The position numbers and the translations under genes were made by a program. Of a stretch of DNA of 64,000 nt, positions 57,014-64,000 are shown one piece after another; within the stretch, counting starts at the first letter, position 1, and each line of letters begins with the position of its first letter. The DNA comes from Candidatus Poribacteria bacterium (GTDB taxonomy: Bacteria > Poribacteria > WGA-4E > PCPOR2b): positions 1,258,061 to 1,322,060 of the forward strand of contig OZ240244.1 of NCBI GenBank assembly GCA_965198165.1. The letters run 5' to 3'. The notes under the pieces were generated by a model, which did no database searches, was not told the DNA's origin, and worked only from the letters and a program-made list of their open reading frames with translations.

Positions 57014-57820
57014 GTGATACTCGCCATCGACATCGGAAATACGACGATTGAGGTCGGCATCTTAGACGAGGAAAAAATAAAAACAAGCTGGCGATTACGG
57101 ACAGACCGGCACAGGCTTGCCGACGAGTACGGCGTTCAGATTTGCGAGTTGTTACGGATTAGCGAAATCCCACGACACAGTTTTGAGGGAATCGTTATCT
57201 CATCGGTCGTTCCTTCTGTCCGACGCGAGTTTGTCACGATGTGTGATCGGTATTTCCAGATTTCACCGACCATCGTTTCTACTGACGAGGAACTCGGTAT
57301 CGAACTGCGATGCGACTACCCCGAAGAGGTGGGATCAGACCGTATTACAACTGTGGTGGGAGCATATCATGAATATGGCGGTCCCCTTATCGTTGTGGAC
57401 TTCGGCACAGCAACCACATTCGATGCGGTTTCGGATGATGGTGCTTATCTCGGGGGCGTGATTGCCCCCGGTATCCACATCTCAATGGATGCCCTATTTG
57501 ACCGCACGGCACTCATTAGACGGATTGGCCTCTCGCAACCACCGAACATCATCGGCAGAAACACGAATGATTGTGTTCGATCTGGATTCTACTACGGATT
57601 TCTCGGACAGATGGAAGGCATCATTCACCGCATGAAAGCGGAACTCGGAATAAATGTGAAGGTCATCGCAACAGGTGGGCTCGCAGACCTGATTGCCAAA
57701 GATTCAGAACTGGTTGACCGGATTGATCCGGAATTGATGTTAAAAGGGCTTCAAATCCTGTATCACCGGATAAAGAGTGGAAGAATGGAAGGGAAGGAAG
57801 GTTGGAAGGGTGGAAGGTGA
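57014..57820 (+). CDS. coaX: type III pantothenate kinase
   Basis: GTG start after GAGGAG. ILAIDIGNTTIEVG and VVDFGTATTFD motifs. Unusual G/K/E-rich tail encoded by a ggaagg simple repeat. Confidence 0.85.
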   Translation: MILAIDIGNTTIEVGILDEEKIKTSWRLRTDRHRLADEYGVQICELLRISEIPRHSFEGIVISSVVPSVRREFVTMCDRYFQISPTIVSTDEELGIELRCDYPEEVGSDRITTVVGAYHEYGGPLIVVDFGTATTFDAVSDDGAYLGGVIAPGIHISMDALFDRTALIRRIGLSQPPNIIGRNTNDCVRSGFYYGFLGQMEGIIHRMKAELGINVKVIATGGLADLIAKDSELVDRIDPELMLKGLQILYHRIKSGRMEGKEGWKGGR

Positions 57821-57875
57821 ACACCCATTCTTGCACTCTTCCAGATCTCGCTTTTTTTGGAGGTGACGGTAAACA

Positions 57876-58670
57876 ATGACGCAAAAACAGCTATATATGA
57901 TTGGCGGTGGGGTGGGGTTGATTCTGATTATCCTCGTTACACTGGTCAGTTACTACAACGTGAAGTACAGGAAAACATACAAGGATTTCCTCGCGGAACA
58001 AACGGATCGGATGAAGTACGCGGGAGAATCCGCAACGCGACTCCGGCAGTTGAACCAGACAAAGGAAGAACTTGCGGCAAAAGTCAGCAAGATTGAGTAT
58101 TTGCAAGGCCTTATAGACGAAGAGCAACAGCGGTCGGCGAAGTTGAGCGAGGCTAAAAAGCAGATTGAGGCGGAAAAGGCAAGACTTGAAGCCGAAAAGC
58201 GGAAACGGGAGGAAGAGTCTCGCGACTTGATTAACAGCTTGCAAAAGGAAATTCAAAACAAAGAAATCAAGATTACCGAGCTCAGAGGGATGCTGACAGT
58301 GAACCTGATGGACAAAATTCTCTTTGACTCTGGGAGGTCAGAGATTAAGCCTGCGGGGAAACGTGTACTGGATAAAATTGCGAAGACCTTCTTAAATCGC
58401 TATCCCGACCGGGAGATTCGCGTCGAAGGGCATTCGGACAACGTACCGTACAAAGGCTCACGGTTAAACAATTGGGGGTTATCCACTGCACGGGCAATCT
58501 CGGCGGTGCGCTATCTACAAGAACACGCCAGCGTCGCTCCCGCCCGTCTCGCCGCTGTTGGCTATGCTCATTATCGACCCATTGACACAAACGATACCTC
58601 GGATGGCAGAGCGAGAAATCGCCGTATTGAGATTATTGTCATGCCGCCGAAGAAAGCGGATTCACAATAG
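57876..58670 (+). CDS. OmpA/MotB-family peptidoglycan-binding protein with N-terminal TM and coiled coil
   Basis: OmpA_C motif RVEGHSDNVPY...NWGLSTARA...NRRIEI. Confidence 0.85.
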   Translation: MTQKQLYMIGGGVGLILIILVTLVSYYNVKYRKTYKDFLAEQTDRMKYAGESATRLRQLNQTKEELAAKVSKIEYLQGLIDEEQQRSAKLSEAKKQIEAEKARLEAEKRKREEESRDLINSLQKEIQNKEIKITELRGMLTVNLMDKILFDSGRSEIKPAGKRVLDKIAKTFLNRYPDREIRVEGHSDNVPYKGSRLNNWGLSTARAISAVRYLQEHASVAPARLAAVGYAHYRPIDTNDTSDGRARNRRIEIIVMPPKKADSQ

Positions 58671-58733
58671 AATAGGCTACCAGCCGATTCACCAATGATG
58701 CACCGCGCATCATCTTCAAAAAGGATTTTTCTG

Positions 58734-59516
58734 ATGCGAGTCACTACATTTGGACCAGAAGAACATGAACAGTTTATGGAACAAGGTTACCTGCGTCTCG
58801 GAAAGTTGCTGTCAGACGACGAGTTGACAGCTTTGCAAGGTCGTATTGACGACATCATGCTTGGGCGAGTGCCTTATGAGAACATGAGATTTCAACTGGA
58901 TGGCACAACCAGCGTTTATCGCGAGATGCCCCGCGAGTCAGTTGGCCACAAGGGGGCAACGCTCAAATACCGAAAAATTATGGATCTTGAGCAAGACCCG
59001 TTGTTCCTCACGTACATGCAACACCCGCTGTTCCGGGAGCTCACGCTCCGCTACATTGGTGAGAATGTCTCAATTTTTCGCTCCATGTTCATGAACAAAC
59101 CCGCCGACCAAGGAACGGTGTTACCGTGGCATCAGGATGTCGGTGTGGGATGGGGGCTTGACCGCAACCCGACTACGACCGTTTGGACAGCGTTGGACAA
59201 AGCCACGACAATCAACGGATGTATGCAGATTGTGCCGGGATGCCATAAATTCGGGGTGCTCAGCGAAGGGCATTTCATCTCGGATACAGACATCGAAAAG
59301 TACGCGCCGGAGGAAAAGGTCATCAATTTGGAGGCAGAGGCAGGGGAAGCTATCCTGATACATAATTTCATGATGCACCGATCTGGCGTGAACCATACCG
59401 GACACCCCCGACGTGCATTCAGTGCCGCCTATATGGATGCCGAAACCCGGTCCGTGTCTACAGGTAAGACGTTTTCCGTGATTTTCGGTGAAAACTGCTT
59501 GAAACCTGCGAACTAA
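58734..59516 (+). CDS. phytanoyl-CoA dioxygenase (PhyH) family oxygenase
   Basis: LPWHQDVG (HxD)...distal HNFMMHRSG. PhyH-type N-terminus. Confidence 0.8.
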   Translation: MRVTTFGPEEHEQFMEQGYLRLGKLLSDDELTALQGRIDDIMLGRVPYENMRFQLDGTTSVYREMPRESVGHKGATLKYRKIMDLEQDPLFLTYMQHPLFRELTLRYIGENVSIFRSMFMNKPADQGTVLPWHQDVGVGWGLDRNPTTTVWTALDKATTINGCMQIVPGCHKFGVLSEGHFISDTDIEKYAPEEKVINLEAEAGEAILIHNFMMHRSGVNHTGHPRRAFSAAYMDAETRSVSTGKTFSVIFGENCLKPAN

Positions 59517-59526
59517 GGAGCAACCT

Positions 59527-60231
59527 ATGCTAACCCTGAAACCGACACCCGGCACAGTCATCGCTGACCTGCCGACAATCAACTGCGTTATGACCGAGTG
59601 CGAGCCGGGACAAGACACCCCACTGTATAGCTATCCCGACTCCGATGCGGTCTACTTCTTTCTTGAAGGGAGTGGTGAGATTGTCGCGATGGATGGCGGC
59701 GAACAGGTGGAGCGATTTACTGCACCGATGCAAGCCTACATCCCCGCTGGTACACCTTATATGTTAAAAAACGTTGGTGCCGCTTCGCTTAAATTTGTAT
59801 CGGGCGTGACCCCAAACTACCCTTCTGAGGAGGGCGTGTCATCTGCGCCATCCGAGATGGAACCTGTCGTCATGCTGGGGACAGAGAACGGAGAACGCTT
59901 CCCAGAATCGGGAAAGATTCGGGGTGGGATGCTGACATTTCCGCCAAACATTGAATGCGATTATCATAGCCACGATGAAGCGGATGAGGTCTTTCTGTTC
60001 TTGAGTGGGAGTGGTCTGGTCACCGAGGAGGGCGAAGTTGCCCCCGTTGGCCCGGGCGATGTCGTGGTCACACTTGCCGAACGGAAGCACAAAATCAAGT
60101 CTTTCGATGGCCCTCTCGTAATGTGGCTCACAGTAACCCCCAACCTCGTGCCGAGCCATACGCACTACAAGCAGTTGGAAGATGGCACATGGGAGCGGAT
60201 TACACCGCGCGGAGGCATAAAATATGGCTGA
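59527..60231 (+). CDS. bicupin domain protein
   Basis: Two cupin-like beta-barrel halves (..YFFLEGSGEI.. and ..HSHDEADEVFLFLSGSG..). Confidence 0.65.
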   Translation: MLTLKPTPGTVIADLPTINCVMTECEPGQDTPLYSYPDSDAVYFFLEGSGEIVAMDGGEQVERFTAPMQAYIPAGTPYMLKNVGAASLKFVSGVTPNYPSEEGVSSAPSEMEPVVMLGTENGERFPESGKIRGGMLTFPPNIECDYHSHDEADEVFLFLSGSGLVTEEGEVAPVGPGDVVVTLAERKHKIKSFDGPLVMWLTVTPNLVPSHTHYKQLEDGTWERITPRGGIKYG

Positions 60232-61657
60232 TACACGACCAAACATCCTTTTTATCTTAACAGACCAACAACGCGGCGATTGCCTCGGCATTGAGGGGCA
60301 TCCCGTCCTCCAGACCCCTAACCTCGACTGGCTGGCGCGTTCAGGGACGCATTTTCGACGGGGTTACTCCGAGTGTCCAAGTTGCATCCCGGCTAGACGC
60401 ACACTGATGAGCGGACAAGCACCCGCGGTCAATGGAATGGTCGGATATAAGGGTGGGGTACAGTGGAATCCAGCCCATACGCTCGCCGGTGAGCTTGCGA
60501 AAGCGGGCTATCAGACGGAAATGGTCGGGAAACTCCACCTGTTCCCCTCCCGCAAACGGTATGGCTTCGATCACATTCGGCTGGCGGAATCCACACGAGG
60601 CGGAAATAACGATTACACCGACTGGCTCATGGAAGGCGGCGCAGTGCCACTTGAGGGAGGTGCCTCACATGCGGGTGTAGCGCACGGCGTTTCAGCGAAT
60701 GGGTGGGTTGGCAGACCCCACTACCTCCCCGAAGATCGAACCCATACCTTCTGGTGTGCCACGCAGGCGATAGACTTCCTTCGCAAGCGCGACCCTTCTG
60801 CTCCGTTTTGTCTCAATGTTTCGTTCATTGACCCACACCCGCCGCTCACTCCGCCGCAATTTTACTACGACCGCTACATCACCCAAGACCTACCCATGCC
60901 GGTTGTTGGCGATTGGGCACCCCCGTTTGACGGCCCAGAGAAAGGGTTGGATATCAACGCCTCAATTCTGTGTCTCGACGAAGACGCGATGCGTTGCGCC
61001 CGTGCGGCTTACTACGGGATGATTAATCACATTGACGACCAAGTGGGACGGTTGGTTAACTTCATGAGTGATACCGGGCTTCTTAACAACACGTTCATTC
61101 TGTTCACCTCCGACCACGGCGAAATGCTCGGGGACCACAATATGTTCCGCAAAACCTTCGCGTACGAGGCTTCAGCGCGAGTGCCGTTCTTCGCTCGGGC
61201 ACCGAGGGGATGGGGATATCCACAGGAGGTAATAACCCGCGCCGCAGTTGGATTGCAGGACATCATGCCTACCTTTTTGGAAGCGGCTGACGTACAGATT
61301 CCTGAGACCGTTACCGGAAGCAGTTTGCTCCCTCTGATGCGGGGCGAGGAGGATGGCTGGCGCGAAGTTTTACACGGCGAGCACTCCGGCTGCTACCGCT
61401 ATGAAGACGGTGTGCACTACCTGACTGACGGTCACACAAAGTATGTCTGGTATAGCCAGACCGGTCAAGAGCACCTTTTCAACCTTGACGAAGACTCAAA
61501 CGAACTGCACGACATCGCTTTGGAGACAGACCGCGATGCACACCTGTCACCGTGGCGTACGCGTTTGATCCAAGCCCTCAAGGACCGGCCAGAAGGGTTC
61601 ACTGATGGTGAGCGATTAATTGCAGGCAAACGGCATGACCAGTTGGTGCCCAATTAA
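60224..61657 (+). CDS. Cys-type (formylglycine-dependent) sulfatase
   Basis: N-terminal ILFILTDQQRGD. Sulfatase signature [14 protein letters not shown] (C-x-P-x-R). The start overlaps the upstream gene (ATGGCTGA). Confidence 0.85.
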   Translation: MADTRPNILFILTDQQRGDCLGIEGHPVLQTPNLDWLARSGTHFRRGYSECPSCIPARRTLMSGQAPAVNGMVGYKGGVQWNPAHTLAGELAKAGYQTEMVGKLHLFPSRKRYGFDHIRLAESTRGGNNDYTDWLMEGGAVPLEGGASHAGVAHGVSANGWVGRPHYLPEDRTHTFWCATQAIDFLRKRDPSAPFCLNVSFIDPHPPLTPPQFYYDRYITQDLPMPVVGDWAPPFDGPEKGLDINASILCLDEDAMRCARAAYYGMINHIDDQVGRLVNFMSDTGLLNNTFILFTSDHGEMLGDHNMFRKTFAYEASARVPFFARAPRGWGYPQEVITRAAVGLQDIMPTFLEAADVQIPETVTGSSLLPLMRGEEDGWREVLHGEHSGCYRYEDGVHYLTDGHTKYVWYSQTGQEHLFNLDEDSNELHDIALETDRDAHLSPWRTRLIQALKDRPEGFTDGERLIAGKRHDQLVPN

Positions 61658-61725
61658 AAATTTAACGCAAAGGCGCAGAGAAATTTAACGCAAAGGCGCA
61701 AAGATGCAAAGGCGCAAGGCAGAGA
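61657..61725. repeat. tandem cgcaaaggcgca-type repeat, inverted copy of 1815-1870
   Basis: Direct comparison. Confidence 0.5.
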
Positions 61726-61858
61726 AGAGAAGATAAGCAGGTTTTAATAGACATTATAATGATTTAATCAACAGTTGTCTGATAACACCAAGGTCGGAAG
61801 TTGAGCCGGAGTGTAAACCGCAACACGTTTCCATCACAAGATCGCTGAACCCTTTTTT

Positions 61859-62161
61859 CTAGTTCCGTAGCTTATCTTTTACGATGCGGTATCTTTTGAT
61901 GCCTCCAATCGCATGTTCAATTCTTATGCGGATCGACGAAATGGCCCGATTCTTCGCTTTGTCCGAGACCGTGAGCACCCGGCCCTTCGGTTTCTTTTTC
62001 GGTTGAATGATGGTTATGCCGGGAAGACGAAACCCTTGAAAACCGGTATCTTGATACAACACGCTTCCCCTTGGCAACAGATCATATCCGGTTGAGCCCG
62101 CAATGCGTTTGTCGTGTGTGCGCCCTTCAAACGAAGGGGTCAATAACACCACTTTCGGCAA
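61859..62161 (-). pseudogene. IS5/IS1182-type DDE transposase C-terminal fragment
   Basis: ...DTGFQGF...IIQPKKKPKG...KNRAISSIRIRIEHAIGGIKRYRIVKD is the canonical IS5-family C-terminus. No intact N-terminal part is in frame. Confidence 0.6.
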
Positions 62162-62375
62162 TGGACTATTTTTGTACGTGGTATATGCCAGTTTTTTCCG
62201 CGTGTTTCTTCTTCAAGGGTATGTCCTGTGAGGGAGAGGAATTTTCTCGGTTTTTGCTTTAGATTTTGATATCGTGTCATCGATGGGTATCCAAAATTCA
62301 GATTTTAAGAGTCTACCATACACCAACAATGACTCGCAATTAAATTGTTATAATGTCTAATCCTACACTCCGCAG

Positions 62376-64000
62376 TTACAAATCAGGAATATAACATTTT
62401 TTGACTTCTCCACCGAATAGGTCGAGAATTTGATAATGAATCGGTTTGAGATTCAATACCACGCGATGGATTTGACCCTCTTGTTCGGTCAATAACACAT
62501 CAATCCCTTCAAACACTTGAAAAATGCGCCGTAGCGTCGGGCGTTGGGTGCGCTTACCCACTTGGTTCTCAATCGTTTGTTCGCACTTGACCAATGCAGC
62601 GCGCACAAACCGTTCTGCCAGCGCATAAACGAGTAATGAAAGCCCCATCACCATTAACAAAGCCATGATTCGTTGCGGTTTTTCTAAAAATAGACTTGAC
62701 GCAAAGAATAACGGATCTTTGAGAAACCTAAATCCTCGTTCAACAGAGACGTTCTGCGATTTGTAAGCGGAAAGGAGCGTCTCTTCATCAAGCACCGTGG
62801 TATCTAATTCATTCGTCGCTAGAACAAACTTCCCTTTACTTTGCTTTGCGGCTTGTATGGCCTGATCGTCTTCAACCACCTCACCTGCAACGCGAAAGCC
62901 GAACCGGGTGGGCATCGCCGTTTTGCCGGGTCTGCCCCGGGTGCCGTAATGCGGGACAGAGCGAATTTCGGCACCCGGCTTATGATACCGCCATTGACCG
63001 GAAAGGGTGTCAACCGCTTCGCGCGCACTCTGTGCGGTGTCAAATTCTTTGTGGCTTAATTGCTTGAGTGATTTTGCCGCCTCTTGGTGTGCTTTAGCAA
63101 TCTGTTTCTCCAAAGTGGCAACTTCCCGACGATACGCCGATTCGGAGTGCACAACTAACCATCTTTGCTCAACATCACCGTAGATGCTACCAACGGAGAG
63201 GTAACGATAGCCGGGGGGCTTTGAGACCGCCATCGCTTCAATTCAGAGGCGTTCATAGAGGGCTTTGACCGCCTTAATCGTCTCGGGGACTCGAGTGATG
63301 AATCGGACATTTGATAATGTGGCGATGTTGGCAGTGGTGTATAGGGCACTATCGGCAATAAAATAGGGCGTTTGCGCTCCCTGAAGTTGTGTGGTATACG
63401 CCTTAATCGTCTGAGGGAAACTGGTTTTGTCTCCTGTGTTGCCATCAAGGGCTTCTAACCAAATCGGAATCTGAGACCGATACGAACAAATCATCTGTAC
63501 CACCACTTGTTTGAGATCGGGACGAGAATCCCGACTATACCCATGAGTGACTTCAATGACGTTTTGATTGTCGCTGTCCGCATCATACGCCCCATGGAGA
63601 CTAAAGGGGGTGCTATCGAGATGAACAAAGCGATGGTGTATCTCAAAAGTGGCTAACGCCTTGGAGGCGACGGTAGCGAAGAGTGCGGTGATTCCATTTT
63701 CATAGAGGGTATCTAATGCGCGTCCAAGACTGTCATCGGTGAAATCGGTGGCTTGGAGATGTGGGTTAATCAAGAGATTGACCGGTTTATTTGAAAAGAA
63801 CTCGGTTGTCAAATAGAGGGGTCGTGAGACAAAGCCCAAAGCGTTGAGTATCATAGCCATAACGGCTTCTCCAACAGTGATGTTGCGTTTGGTTTTCCCG
63901 ATGAATGTATCAATGGTGTCAATCAAGTCAATGCGATGGCAAATGCCGGCAACAATTCCGAGATGGTCTAATCGTTGTGTAGTAAAGGTGGGTTGTGTCA
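62376..64000 (-). pseudogene. IS1634-family (IS4 superfamily) transposase, interrupted by an in-frame TGA at 63243-63245; the 5' part runs off the window
   Basis: C-terminal ...RIFQVFEGIDVLL...LNLKPIHYQILDLFG and N-terminal LDHLGIVAGICHRIDLIDTIDTFIGK are typical of IS1634. The two ORFs, 63243..>64000 and 62376..63233, are in the same frame, separated by a single stop. Confidence 0.6.

Noticed and set aside
63243-63245. Selenocysteine or programmed recoding at the in-frame TGA of the IS1634 transposase
   Set aside because: TGA is used as an ordinary stop throughout the window (for example pyrR, the GIY-YIG gene). No SECIS-like hairpin is evident just downstream. A nonsense mutation is the simpler explanation.

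Overview
This is a 64 kb bacterial chromosomal window, mosaic and rich in repeats. No rRNA, tRNA or CRISPR array is supported. Gene content suggests an uncultured marine or host-associated glycan degrader: four PhyH-family dioxygenases, a Cys-type sulfatase, two Gfo/Idh/MocA oxidoreductases, SDR epimerases, a cupin and a Liv-type transporter. Housekeeping genes include carAB, pyrR-pyrC, coaX and an acyl-CoA dehydrogenase.

The stretch most worth follow-up is a minus-strand cluster at about 18.3-28.6 kb. Six consecutive secreted proteins carry unrelated or only distantly related lectin-like domains (two LamG, four copies of a CBM-like jelly-roll family). They share only an N-terminal signal peptide and a conserved 15-20 aa C-terminal tail, consensus (A/S)V(E/S)(A/P)xGKLAT(V/A)WGxIKxx(R/Q), with no hydrophobic anchor. 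A PorV/PorQ-like outer-membrane beta-barrel (YWNPAGL motif) and a 657-aa polytopic membrane protein sit just upstream in the same orientation. I read this as a candidate, undescribed C-terminal-tag sorting or secretion system.

A second accessory island at 32.6-42.4 kb is visibly more AT-rich than its flanks. It holds two tandem DGQHR (DndB/ParB-like) paralogs around a GIY-YIG nuclease, an Rpn/YhgA-like PD-(D/E)XK nuclease with free-standing C-terminal fragment ORFs, an HNH endonuclease, a GHKL ATPase and an unknown partner. The region is visibly patched together from recombined gene fragments.

Mobile DNA includes a tnpB-only IS200/IS605-type element with hairpin ends, an IS630 fragment, an IS5 fragment and an IS1634 transposase with an in-frame stop. 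Several dispersed repeat families are also present: a MITE-like inverted repeat, a 32-bp perfect palindrome, a 118-bp tandem satellite and a roughly 260-bp duplicated block.
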